A stretch of 32,000 nt of DNA from Bdellovibrionales bacterium (GTDB taxonomy: Bacteria > Bdellovibrionota > Bdellovibrionia > Bdellovibrionales > UBA1609), in NCBI GenBank assembly GCA_963692945.1, contig OY843585.1, forward strand, positions 30,001 to 62,000, written 5' to 3'. This document shows positions 23,531-32,000 of this stretch, piece after piece. Made by a program: the position numbers and the translations under genes. Positions within the stretch are counted from its first letter, which is position 1; each line of letters opens with the position of its first letter. The notes under the pieces are model-generated. The model saw only the letters and a list, made by a program, of their open reading frames with translations. It searched no databases and was not told the origin of the DNA.

Positions 23531-24694
23531 ATGAAAAAACCTTATACTTTATTAACACCTGGCCCTGTGCCTTTGACCAGTTCCATAAAATCTATTTTAT
23601 CAGAACAACCCCATTATCATAGAAGTTCTAAGTTCCAACATATTTTCAAAGAGGTCAAAAAAAAATTGCAAACCTTTTTTCAAACTAAAGAATCTGTGAT
23701 TATTTTGACAAGTACTGGAACAGGGGCCATGGAGGCAGCTATAACAAACACTCTTTCTCCTGGAGACACCGTTCTTTGTGTTTGTTCTGGAAAATTTGGA
23801 AATCGTTGGAAAGACATTGCCCTATCTTATAACTTAAAACCTGAAGTTATCGATGTTCGTTGGGGGGAGCCTGTATCTACTGAAGAAATCTCCCACCATC
23901 TACAAAACAACAATCACATCAAAGCCGTTTTGGTCTCAGCTTGTGAAACAAGCACAGCAACCAATCAACCTATAGAAGAAATAAGCAAAATTTTAAAAAA
24001 CAAGCCAGAAATTCTTTTTATTGTTGATGGCATTACAGGTTTAGGAGCTATGCCTCTTCCTATGGACCAATGGAATATTGATGTTCTTGTAGGTGGATCA
24101 CAAAAAAGTTTTTTACTGCCAACAGGTATGTCTTTTATATCCCTTTCTCAAAAAGCTTGGGATTTTGAAAAAAAATCTACATGTCCAAAGTATTATTTCA
24201 ACTTAAAAAGAGAAAGAGAAAAACAAGAAGAAGGCAACACCTCTTTTAGTATCAATGTTTCTTTTATAAAAGCTTTAAACCAAAGTTTAGAATATCTTTT
24301 AGAAAAAGATAAAAATCTAGAAAAATGCATCTTAAGATGCCAACAACTTGCAAAAGCAACTCAGCTTTTTTGCAAAGAACTTGATCTAGATTTACTGTCC
24401 AAAAAACCAAGTGACTCTGTCACAGCCATCCAAATACCTGAAACCATTTCAGCGAATCAAATTAAAAAATCTCTAGAAGAAAAAGAAAACATTATTGTTG
24501 CTGGAGGCCAAGACCAATTGAAAGATAAAATCATTCGTATAGGACATTTAGGTTTTATTCAAAATGAAGACCTTTTAAGATGTTTAGAAACTTTAGGTGC
24601 AGAACTTCATAATCAATTATTTGATCAATTTCCTAAAGATAAAATACAAAGAGCCTTAGAAGTCACAAAAAAAGAGCTTTCTAAAAAATGTTAA
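23531..24694 (+). CDS. Class V PLP-dependent aminotransferase (serine-pyruvate / alanine-glyoxylate / SerC-like family)
   Basis: The N-terminus reads MKKPYTLLTPGPVPL, and the PLP-lysine motif is GGSQKSF. I prefer the ATG at 23531 because the track start at 23471 would overlap the holA start. Confidence 0.75.
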   Translation: MKKPYTLLTPGPVPLTSSIKSILSEQPHYHRSSKFQHIFKEVKKKLQTFFQTKESVIILTSTGTGAMEAAITNTLSPGDTVLCVCSGKFGNRWKDIALSYNLKPEVIDVRWGEPVSTEEISHHLQNNNHIKAVLVSACETSTATNQPIEEISKILKNKPEILFIVDGITGLGAMPLPMDQWNIDVLVGGSQKSFLLPTGMSFISLSQKAWDFEKKSTCPKYYFNLKREREKQEEGNTSFSINVSFIKALNQSLEYLLEKDKNLEKCILRCQQLAKATQLFCKELDLDLLSKKPSDSVTAIQIPETISANQIKKSLEEKENIIVAGGQDQLKDKIIRIGHLGFIQNEDLLRCLETLGAELHNQLFDQFPKDKIQRALEVTKKELSKKC

Positions 24695-24704
24695 TTTTTT
24701 TTCT

Positions 24705-24733
24705 TTGAGAAATATTTTTCTTTTCGCTATAAT
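24705..24733 (+). promoter_or_regulatory. Sigma70-like promoter: -35 TTGAGA, 17-bp spacer, -10 TATAAT, placed 8 nt upstream of the GTG start of the ETF-QO gene
   Basis: TTGAGA is at 24705-24710 and TATAAT at 24728-24733, with the GTG at 24742. No SD-like purine run lies between them (tcaatcct). Confidence 0.45.
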
Positions 24734-24741
24734 TCAATCCT

Positions 24742-26376
24742 GTGAATGAATTCTCACCTTTTGAATATCAAAAACCCCTGAACCCTTCAGATCATATACT
24801 TGAGTTTAATGAAAAACCTAATGAGAATAGCATTGAACTAGATGTACTTTTTGTAGGGGCAGGAACAGCTTCCCTTTCTGGAGCAATAAAACTTGCAGAC
24901 CTTGCCACAAAACAAGGTAAAGAATTACAAATTGGAATCATGGAAAAAGCAGAACAGCTTGGAGGTCATACTTTATCTGGAGCTGTTATAAACCCTATGA
25001 TTTTTAAATGGCTATTCCCTGAAAAAAAAGAAGAAGAATTGCCTTTTAGAAAAAAAGTCACTAAAGAAAAATTTCGTTTTCTTTTTAAAAATCTATCTCT
25101 TCCCCTTCCTATTCCTCCCGGTATGAAAGCAAAAGGTTGTTACACAGCTTCTCTTTGTGAAGTTGTAAAATGGTTAGGTTCTGAAGCGGAAAAAAAGGGT
25201 ATTCATATTTTCACCTCCTACCCTGGAGATAAACTGCTTACAAAAAACAATAAAGTGATTGGTATCCGTTCCAAACCTTTTGGTCTTAATAAAGATGGAG
25301 GGAAAACGGCTAATCATGATTTAGCAACAGATATTTTTGCAAAAACCGTCATTCTTTCCGAGGGAACAAGAGGACATCTGACACAATCTTATTTAAAGCA
25401 ACAAAATATTAAAAGCAAATATCCACAAACCTATGCTCTTGGAGTAAAAGAAGTTTGGGAAGTTCAAAAAGAACCTCAATCTATTTTACACACTATTGCT
25501 TGGCCACTTTCACAAAATACTTTTGGAGGAAGTTGGCTTTATCCTTTAGGAAATAATCTCGTTTCTCTTGGCTTAGTGGTCGGTTTGGATTCTCCTTCAG
25601 CGGATCTCTCCGTCCACGATCAATTACAAGTTTTAAAAGAACACCCTCTTTTTACCTCTCTTTTGAAAGGAGGAAGGTGTATTGAATGGGGAGCTAAAAC
25701 CATTCCTGAAGGAGGCTACCATGCTCTGCCAGAGCGACTTTATGGAGATGGACTTCTTATTGTGGGAGACAGTGCTGGCTTTGTGAACATGGCTTCTCTC
25801 AAAGGAGTACATTATGCCATGGCTTCAGGATATTTTGCGGCAGAAACTCTCATGAAAGCTTTTGAAAAAAATGATTTTACATCAGAAACTTTAAAAATTT
25901 ATAACGATAAAATACAAAATAGTTTTATTAAAAAAGATTTATTTAAATATAGAAATTTAAGACAATCTTTTCACAAAGGTCTTTTTATGGGTTTAATCAA
26001 AGCCGTTATTATAACTCTTACAAGCGGAAGATGGCCGTCAGATTTTAAAAGTGGACAATTGAAATCCGATTCCAAAATTAAAAAGACTCTGAAAGAAACT
26101 TATTTAATCCATAAAGGTCACAAAAAAACAGATGCTGTTTATTTATCTGGGAATAAAACTAGAGATCAGATTCCATCCCATCTTCATTTTAAAGGAAAAG
26201 TTCCAAAACCTATAGGTCATTTTTATGAAAAAATGTGTCCTGCAGGAGTTTATGAACAGAAAGAAGATTTAGTTGTGCAAGCTCCTAACTGTATAGATTG
26301 TAAAGCCACCGATGTATTAGGACCTCGTTGGACTCCTCGTGAACGAGGAAGTGGACCTAATTATAAATTGATGTAA
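24742..26376 (+). CDS. Electron-transfer flavoprotein:ubiquinone oxidoreductase (ETF-QO)
   Basis: 544 aa with an FAD-binding fold VLFVGAGTASLSGAIKLA, the motif GDSAGFVN, and a C-terminal 4Fe-4S region CPAGVYE...NCIDCKATDV ending W.PRERGSGPNYKLM, as in ETF-QO. GTG is the only plausible in-frame start upstream of the FAD motif. Confidence 0.88.
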   Translation: MNEFSPFEYQKPLNPSDHILEFNEKPNENSIELDVLFVGAGTASLSGAIKLADLATKQGKELQIGIMEKAEQLGGHTLSGAVINPMIFKWLFPEKKEEELPFRKKVTKEKFRFLFKNLSLPLPIPPGMKAKGCYTASLCEVVKWLGSEAEKKGIHIFTSYPGDKLLTKNNKVIGIRSKPFGLNKDGGKTANHDLATDIFAKTVILSEGTRGHLTQSYLKQQNIKSKYPQTYALGVKEVWEVQKEPQSILHTIAWPLSQNTFGGSWLYPLGNNLVSLGLVVGLDSPSADLSVHDQLQVLKEHPLFTSLLKGGRCIEWGAKTIPEGGYHALPERLYGDGLLIVGDSAGFVNMASLKGVHYAMASGYFAAETLMKAFEKNDFTSETLKIYNDKIQNSFIKKDLFKYRNLRQSFHKGLFMGLIKAVIITLTSGRWPSDFKSGQLKSDSKIKKTLKETYLIHKGHKKTDAVYLSGNKTRDQIPSHLHFKGKVPKPIGHFYEKMCPAGVYEQKEDLVVQAPNCIDCKATDVLGPRWTPRERGSGPNYKLM

Positions 26377-26389
26377 AAGGAATTTATAT

Positions 26390-26725
26390 ATGTCCACTTT
26401 ATTTAAAAAAATTATTGATAAAGAAATTCCGGTTGATATTATTTATGAAGATGAATTTTGTTTGGCCTTCAATGACATTAACCCTCAAGCCCCTGTCCAC
26501 ATTCTACTTATTCCTAAAAAAGAAATCCGATCGCTTGAACAATTAGAAAAAGAAGATCAATCTCTAATGGGGCATCTTCTTTTAAAAATTTCAGAAATCG
26601 CTAAGGATAAAAAATTGGATGGCTATCGTGTTGTAGTTAATACCAATAGCTCTGGAGGACAAACTGTTTATCATCTCCATTTTCATATTTTAGGGGGAAG
26701 AAATATGTTATGGCCACCAGGTTAA
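26390..26725 (+). CDS. HIT-family (HinT-like) nucleotide hydrolase
   Basis: 111 aa with the histidine triad HLHFHILGG and the N-terminus LFKKIIDKEIP. SD AAAGGAA lies upstream. Confidence 0.9.
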   Translation: MSTLFKKIIDKEIPVDIIYEDEFCLAFNDINPQAPVHILLIPKKEIRSLEQLEKEDQSLMGHLLLKISEIAKDKKLDGYRVVVNTNSSGGQTVYHLHFHILGGRNMLWPPG

Positions 26726-26766
26726 AAAATTTGAATTTTTTGAATAAAAATCTGTTTTTAAATTGT

Positions 26767-27003
26767 TCACTCAATATTTTCTAATTTTTTTAGAATAGTC
26801 CGCCTTAGAGTATCTATCTCTTCTATAGGATCAACTTCTGGAGTGACATAACAAACAACAAACTTTTTAATCTCTTTTACTTTTAACTTGATAGATATTT
26901 CTGTCTCTTGTTCCAAAAAAAGATTGAGATAAGTGATAACTCTCCGTTTAAAATCACCCATATCTGTTTCATAAACAGAATTGATAGTTTCTTTTAAATC
27001 CAT
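26767..27003 (-). CDS. Hypothetical small protein (78 aa)
   Basis: Open frame with an ATG at 27001-27003 preceded by AAGGTG with a 6-nt spacer (the track uses the GTG at 27012). I recognise no motif. The protein is acidic and helical-looking. Confidence 0.45.
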   Translation of the reverse strand: MDLKETINSVYETDMGDFKRRVITYLNLFLEQETEISIKLKVKEIKKFVVCYVTPEVDPIEEIDTLRRTILKKLENIE

Positions 27004-27101
27004 AATTTGCACCTTACCACTCTTTCACTCTCACCATAATATAACAAAAAATGAAAAAATAGAAGTCAAGGTGGTTTTTTTATGTTAAAGCTCAAAAAAT
27101 T

Positions 27102-27719
27102 ATGAATAAAGTAAATGCAGATATCCTTCAATATCTAGGTTCTAAATCTCCTTTAGTGATCCTTAAAAAATGGCTACAAGAATCTCAAAAAATTCCTCAC
27201 TTAAAAGAACCTTGGGCTATGTGCCTTTCAACTGTAAACTCCAAAAAAAAATCTAGATCTAGAATTGTTCTTCTTAAAAAATTAGAAAAAAACCAACTTA
27301 TCTTTTTTACCAATTATCTTAGTCCCAAAGGAGAAGATTTAAAAAGCAACCCCTTTGCTTCTGTCGTTTTCTTTTGGCCACAACTCGGGAAACAAATTCG
27401 CATCTCAGGCCATGTAAAAAAAACAACACGAAAAAAATCAATCTTTTATTGGAAACAAAGAACCCGAGGCAGTCAACTGAGTCAATACATCTCTCAACAA
27501 TCTGAATCTGTAAAAAACAGAAAAATCTTAGAACAGCTTAAAAAATCTGCTGAAGAAAAATTTAGAACTAAAATCATCCCCTGCCCTCAACAATGGGGAG
27601 GTTATCAACTTACTATTCAAGAAATAGAATTTTGGAAAAACAGAGAGCATCGGTTACATGACAGGTTTTTATTCAAAAAGAACTCTAAAGGGTGGAGTTA
27701 TCAAAGGCTTTTCCCTTAA
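27102..27719 (+). CDS. pdxH: Pyridoxamine 5'-phosphate oxidase
   Basis: 205 aa. RIVLLKKLEKNQLIFFTNYLSPKGEDLKSNPFASVVFFWPQLGKQIRISG and the C-terminal EFWKNREHRLHDRFLF match PdxH signatures. Confidence 0.88.
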   Translation: MNKVNADILQYLGSKSPLVILKKWLQESQKIPHLKEPWAMCLSTVNSKKKSRSRIVLLKKLEKNQLIFFTNYLSPKGEDLKSNPFASVVFFWPQLGKQIRISGHVKKTTRKKSIFYWKQRTRGSQLSQYISQQSESVKNRKILEQLKKSAEEKFRTKIIPCPQQWGGYQLTIQEIEFWKNREHRLHDRFLFKKNSKGWSYQRLFP

Positions 27720-27733
27720 TCTCTAATATTTTT

Positions 27734-27762
27734 CTAACAAAAAAATCATTCTTTGTTATAAT
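27734..27762 (+). promoter_or_regulatory. Extended -10 promoter (TGtTATAAT) placed 8 nt upstream of the GTG start of rny
   Basis: TG is at 27754-27755 and TATAAT at 27757-27762. A weak -35 CTAACA sits at 27734-27739 (17-bp spacer). The GTG is at 27771, an in-frame TAA lies at 27759-27761, and there is no SD. Confidence 0.45.
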
Positions 27763-27770
27763 CCCTTGTA

Positions 27771-29336
27771 GTGAATCTGTTATTTATAATTCTATGTGGT
27801 ATCTTCTTTGGACTTTTATTATCCATTGTATGGGATTTTTTTGAAAGACGATACTTATTTCAAAAAACAAAAACTGAAAGTGAACATATTTTACAAGAAT
27901 CTCAAGAAAAATCAGAAACCTTATTAGATAAAATACGTCAAAGCTGTGAAATAAAAAGACAAGAGATGTTTAAAGGTTTTGAAAAAGAAAGAGAAAAATA
28001 TCAAAAAAAGATTCAAGAAATTCAATCCAAAGTAGATAAAAAATCTCATAAACTGACCTTACTCTTTAAAGAACAAAAAAAAAATAAACAGATAATAAAA
28101 AAGGAATTATCTAATTTAAAAAATAAGAGAGAATGGACTCAACAACAAAAAGAACAAATAAATAAAAAATTTAAATCTCAAAAATCTCAATTGGTTGAAA
28201 AAATAATATCTTATTTTTCAATCCAAGTAGATGAATTAAAAGAAAATATTAAGAAAAATTTAGAAGAGAGATGGATAAAGGAAATAACCAAACAAACTGA
28301 AAAATATGAAAAAGAGCAATTTCAAAATTTACAAAAAAATGCTCTTTTTAATTTAGATTTGGCATTGAATCGTTTTGAAAGAGCTCACTGTGGAAAAAGA
28401 ACTATTGAACCCGTTCTATTTCGTAATCTTAAACTATTAGAAAGAGTCGTAGGAACAGATCAAAAAAATATCAAGGAACTAGAAAAAGCCTGTGGTGTAG
28501 ATATGATCGTTAACAAAGAAGATTTATTAGTTCAAATTTTTGGTATAGACCCTGTTCGTAGAGAATTAGGAAGAATCACTTTAAAAAGTCTCACCAGACA
28601 ACACACTATAAATTCTCAATCTATTAACAATCAGGTGAAGAAATGCAAAAAAGAACTTTTCAAAATCATAACAAAAGATGGAAAAAATATCTGCAGAAAT
28701 TTAAAACTGAAAAATGTATCCCCAGAAGTGCAAAATATGATGGGTGCTTTGAAATACAGATATTCCTTTGCTCAAAACCAATATTATCATTGTGAAGAGG
28801 TAGGTTGGCTCTGTGGACTTTTAAGTTCTGAGCTTAACCTTCCTATAAGTAAAGGGAAAAGAGCAGGTATGTTTCATGATATTGGAAAAGCTATGGATCA
28901 CTCTATAGAGGGAAGTCATGCCGTTATAGGTGCTGATTTTCTTTCTAAATACTCTGAAAAAGAAGACGTCACTCATGCTGTTAGAGCTCATCACCATGAT
29001 GAAACACCATCAACAGCTTTAGCTCACTTAGTGATCTCTGCCGATGCTATTTCAGGGTCACGCCCAGGAGCTCGTCGTTTTACAGAAGATTCTTATTCTA
29101 AAAAACTAGCCAGCTTGGAGCGTATTATTGATAGTTTTGATAACATTGAAGATGCTTATATTATGAGTGCTGGAAGAGAAATGAGAGTCATTGTAAATAA
29201 TGAAAAAATCAACGATCAAGAAGCTTTAAACCTTAGTAAGAAAATAGCACGACAAATTGAAAAAGAATGCTCCTATCCTGGACTCATAAAAGTAACAGTT
29301 GTTCGTCACAGTGAATCCCTTGCTATAGCAAAATAA
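27771..29336 (+). CDS. rny: Ribonuclease Y
   Basis: 521 aa with an N-terminal TM helix, a long K/E/Q coiled coil, a KH domain region (GVDMIVN...) and an HD domain (GMFHDIGKA...HAVRAHH). Confidence 0.9.
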   Translation: MNLLFIILCGIFFGLLLSIVWDFFERRYLFQKTKTESEHILQESQEKSETLLDKIRQSCEIKRQEMFKGFEKEREKYQKKIQEIQSKVDKKSHKLTLLFKEQKKNKQIIKKELSNLKNKREWTQQQKEQINKKFKSQKSQLVEKIISYFSIQVDELKENIKKNLEERWIKEITKQTEKYEKEQFQNLQKNALFNLDLALNRFERAHCGKRTIEPVLFRNLKLLERVVGTDQKNIKELEKACGVDMIVNKEDLLVQIFGIDPVRRELGRITLKSLTRQHTINSQSINNQVKKCKKELFKIITKDGKNICRNLKLKNVSPEVQNMMGALKYRYSFAQNQYYHCEEVGWLCGLLSSELNLPISKGKRAGMFHDIGKAMDHSIEGSHAVIGADFLSKYSEKEDVTHAVRAHHHDETPSTALAHLVISADAISGSRPGARRFTEDSYSKKLASLERIIDSFDNIEDAYIMSAGREMRVIVNNEKINDQEALNLSKKIARQIEKECSYPGLIKVTVVRHSESLAIAK

Positions 29337-29361
29337 CAAAACGACAATCTATATAAAATTT

Positions 29362-29718
29362 CTATTTTGACAAACAAGAAGGTTTAGTGAAGTTTGCAAT
29401 TAAGTTTTTTTCAAAGGATTGATACTTTGAATCATTTGGATTGCGTAACACTTTTAAACACCTTGTATAACATTCCATTTTCTGTTGCTCATTGCTAACA
29501 ACAACGCTGCTGAATGGTGTTGTTTTTTCAAAACCACTACTCTCACATTCCTCTAAACAATAATCGTTAATTATACGACTACATCTTTTAAGGTTCTTTT
29601 CTGGGTTTTTATAATTCTTTTCACTTCTTTTAAGGTTCTTTTCTGTGTTTTTACTATTCTTTTCACTTTCACCACAAGAAACAGTCACTATAAAAAATAA
29701 AAATAAAAAAACTTTCAT
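29362..29718 (-). CDS. Small Cys-rich putative lipoprotein with an internal 14-aa duplication
   Basis: 118 aa. The signal peptide MKVFLFLFFIVTVS-C has a lipobox-like VSC. The duplicated stretch reads EKNSKNTEKNLKRS / EKNYKNPEKNLKRC. Seven Cys follow the lipobox Cys, including pairs C51/C55 and C83/C87 spaced CxxxC. No homology recognised. Confidence 0.5.
   Translation of the reverse strand: MKVFLFLFFIVTVSCGESEKNSKNTEKNLKRSEKNYKNPEKNLKRCSRIINDYCLEECESSGFEKTTPFSSVVVSNEQQKMECYTRCLKVLRNPNDSKYQSFEKNLIANFTKPSCLSK
29585..29668 (-). repeat. 42-bp in-frame tandem duplication (39/42 identical) inside the lipoprotein gene
   Basis: 29585-29626 reads cttttaaggttcttttctgggtttttataattcttttcactt and 29627-29668 reads cttttaaggttcttttctgtgtttttactattcttttcactt. 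Confidence 0.9.
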
Positions 29719-29798
29719 ATGAGCTTTAACAATAGAATCCTTTTTCTCAAATGACTAGCTTTTTAATTAACAAATTCAACATGATGCACACATTTCTA

Positions 29799-31874
29799 TC
29801 AAAACAAGAAAGGGCTAATTAAAAGTGCCACTATAGACATCAACTTTATAATAATGTTCATAGATGGACCCGTTGTATCCTTAAAAGGATCACCAACTGT
29901 ATCTCCAATCACAGCTGCAGAATGAGTCGCCCCTCCTTTAGCTTCCCCTTCCAAAGCACCTTGCTCTATATATTTTTTAGCATTATCCCAAGCACCACCA
30001 GCATTAGCCATAAAAAGAGCCAAAGTCACCCCTGTAATAAGTGCTCCTGCCAAAGTTCCACCAAGAGTGCTAGGACCTAAAAGAAACCCTATAACAACAG
30101 GAGATACAATAGCTATTAAACCTGGCAAAATCATTTCTCTTAAAGCAGCCTTTGTAGATATTTCCACACACCTTGTTGTATCAGGTTCCGCATGTCCTTC
30201 CAATAAACCTTTAATTTCCCTAAATTGTCTTCTGATCTCTTCAACCATTTTACTAGCAGCCCTACCTACAGAAGTCATAGTTAAACTTCCACAAAATAAA
30301 ACAACCATTGCTCCTAAAAATAGACCTGTTACAACTTTAGGATCAGTAATATCCATAGACAATTCTTGTCCTGAACCTAAAACAACAGATTGTTTAAAAG
30401 CCACAAAAAGAGCAAGAGCCGTTAAAGCAGCAGAACCAATAGCAAAACCTTTACCTATAGCGGCTGTTGTATTTCCTAGAGCATCTAAACTGTCTGTAAT
30501 TTTTCTCACTTCAGGGCCTAAACCACTCATTTCTGTAATACCACCCGCATTATCTGCTACAGGACCATAAGCGTCTATTGTCATCGTTACACCAACTGTT
30601 GCCAACATACCTACAGCCGCAATCGCGATACCGTATAGACCACAAAATAAATAAGAAGTCATAATAATAACAGAAATTAAAAAGAGAGGAATCGTACAAG
30701 ATTCTAAACCAAGAGCCACCCCAGAAATAATATTTGTTGCTGGGCCCGTTTTAGAAGCTTCTGCAACTCTATAAACAGGTTTCCCTGCTGTATAATATTC
30801 TGTCACTTTACCAATAAGAATCCCTCCAATCTGACCAAGGAAAACAACTAAACACAATTTGTACCCACCATCACAAATTAAAATAATACTTAATCCAAAA
30901 ACTAAAAATAAAAAGCCTGAGGTTAATTCCGCTCCTGTCAAAGCAAGAGATGGTTTTAGTTTTTTAAACAAATTCATTCCAAAAATACCAACAAGAGAAG
31001 AAAGCAAGCCTACACTTGCTAACCAAATGGGAAGAACCATTAAGAATTTTTGAGAGGTGTTTGGAAAAGTGGAAAGTAAATCTGCTTGATTCATGGTTGC
31101 TGCAATTGTAATGGAAGCAACCATTGCTCCTACATAAGATTCAAAAATATCAGCACCCATACCTGCAACATCTCCCACATTATCTCCTACATTATCGGCA
31201 ATGACACCAGGGTTCCTAGGGTCATCTTCTGGAATACCAGCTTCTATTTTACCGACAAGATCAGATCCAACATCGGCTGCCTTTGTGAAAATTCCACCAC
31301 CAATTCGTGCAAAAAGAGCAATGGAAGAAGCACCCACAGAAAATCCTGAAATCACAGAAAGAATATTAGAATTTTTAAGAAACTCTCCTATGGACATATC
31401 CCCTAAAGTGCATGTCATTAAAATATACAAGCCTCCTAATCCCAACAAACCAAAACTAGCCACAGACAATCCCATGACAGCCCCACCATTAAAGGCAATG
31501 AGAAGAGCTTTACCTATACCTGATTCTTTAGCCGCTTGAGCCGTTCTTACATTTCCTCTTGTGGCTGCTTTCATACCTATAAAACCTGCAAAAGCAGAAC
31601 AACAAGCTCCAAAAATAAAAGCTAAACTTGTGTGCCATGTAAATCCAAAATACAAAAGAACAGCGACAACTAAAATAAAAATTCCTAAACGACTGTATTC
31701 GGCTTTTAAAAAAGCCATTGAGCCTTGATGAATGCTCTCTGCAATTTTTTGCATCTTCTCAGAACCAGAAGACTGTTTTTTTATATGAACATAAAGACCA
31801 TAAGCCACTAACAAACCAGCCAAACCAGCCATAGCAACAATAGCTACATTTTGATTATAAAGTATTTCAAACAT
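29799..31874 (-). CDS. hppA: Membrane-integral cation-pumping pyrophosphatase (K+-dependent type)
   Basis: 691 aa with about 16 TM helices. Signatures seen: [45 protein letters not shown] and [19 protein letters not shown] lies upstream. Confidence 0.93.
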   Translation of the reverse strand: MFEILYNQNVAIVAMAGLAGLLVAYGLYVHIKKQSSGSEKMQKIAESIHQGSMAFLKAEYSRLGIFILVVAVLLYFGFTWHTSLAFIFGACCSAFAGFIGMKAATRGNVRTAQAAKESGIGKALLIAFNGGAVMGLSVASFGLLGLGGLYILMTCTLGDMSIGEFLKNSNILSVISGFSVGASSIALFARIGGGIFTKAADVGSDLVGKIEAGIPEDDPRNPGVIADNVGDNVGDVAGMGADIFESYVGAMVASITIAATMNQADLLSTFPNTSQKFLMVLPIWLASVGLLSSLVGIFGMNLFKKLKPSLALTGAELTSGFLFLVFGLSIILICDGGYKLCLVVFLGQIGGILIGKVTEYYTAGKPVYRVAEASKTGPATNIISGVALGLESCTIPLFLISVIIMTSYLFCGLYGIAIAAVGMLATVGVTMTIDAYGPVADNAGGITEMSGLGPEVRKITDSLDALGNTTAAIGKGFAIGSAALTALALFVAFKQSVVLGSGQELSMDITDPKVVTGLFLGAMVVLFCGSLTMTSVGRAASKMVEEIRRQFREIKGLLEGHAEPDTTRCVEISTKAALREMILPGLIAIVSPVVIGFLLGPSTLGGTLAGALITGVTLALFMANAGGAWDNAKKYIEQGALEGEAKGGATHSAAVIGDTVGDPFKDTTGPSMNIIIKLMSIVALLISPFLF

Positions 31875-32000
31875 AGGGTTACCTCTTTCTAATTATCTTA
31901 ATTTAAATTTTTAACAAGATTTTTTTTAACTTGTCTATCTAAAAGAAACAATCTCCTCTTTTGAACAAAAAGTTATAGAAAAAGAACTCCTCAAAATCTA

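Noticed and set aside
26726-26766. A/T-only inverted repeat (aaaaaatt-tga-aatttttt) between the convergent HIT gene and the 78-aa ORF, as a bidirectional terminator
   Set aside because: The stem is entirely A/T and very short, making it indistinguishable from background in this genome.
28075-28084. A10 homopolymer inside rny (and the A9 run, T9 on the plus strand, at 22118-22126 at the murJ 5' end) as slippage or phase-variation sites
   Set aside because: Lys-rich AAA runs are expected in an AT-rich genome. The frames are intact, and essential housekeeping genes are unlikely to be phase-variable.
30067-31539. Four plus-strand ORFs (30067-30570, 30859-31053, 31086-31349, 31201-31539) opposite hppA
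   Set aside because: They are antisense shadows of a relatively GC-richer, Gly/Ala-rich membrane protein gene and contain no motifs.
31939-32000. Possible 3' end of another minus-strand gene (…DFEEFFFYNFLFKRGDCFF*) at the right window edge
   Set aside because: Only 19 codons are visible and there is no recognisable motif, so it cannot be supported.

Overview
AT-rich (about 30-35% G+C by eye) chromosomal segment of a diderm bacterium using the standard code: TGA is a stop, and prfB carries the classical +1 frameshift. I can support 27 protein genes. I found no rRNA, tRNA, CRISPR array, IS element or integrase. A ~22 kb run of 17 co-directional minus-strand genes reads murJ, ybeY, prfB, lolC/E-type permease, [3 accessory genes], lolD, bamA, skp, ribF, pilB, pilT, pilC, PilS-like kinase, exbB-like, exbD-like (partial at the window edge, not in the supplied ORF track). 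The remaining block is mixed-strand housekeeping: rpsT, holA, class V aminotransferase, ETF-ubiquinone oxidoreductase, HIT protein, small orphan, pdxH, rny, small Cys-rich lipoprotein, hppA. The pilB-pilT-pilC-kinase order, RNase Y in a diderm and a membrane pyrophosphatase fit a Bdellovibrionota/Oligoflexia- or Myxococcota-like lineage, but that is only a guess. The main point of interest is a ~5.9 kb, three-gene accessory insertion that separates the normally adjacent lolC/E and lolD genes. It encodes (i) an orphan beta-class DNA methyltransferase with a DPQY motif IV; (ii) a 772-aa chimeric fibre protein with a basic leader plus PilX/pseudopilin-like hydrophobic anchor, a Cys-rich region, about 15 copies of a 17-aa repeat, a peptidase-S74 intramolecular-chaperone domain and a C-terminal coiled coil; and (iii) a Sec-signal-bearing class I SAM methyltransferase fused to a ~500-aa extension that looks like two degenerate Nudix-fold domains. 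All family calls come from motif recognition by eye, with no database search.
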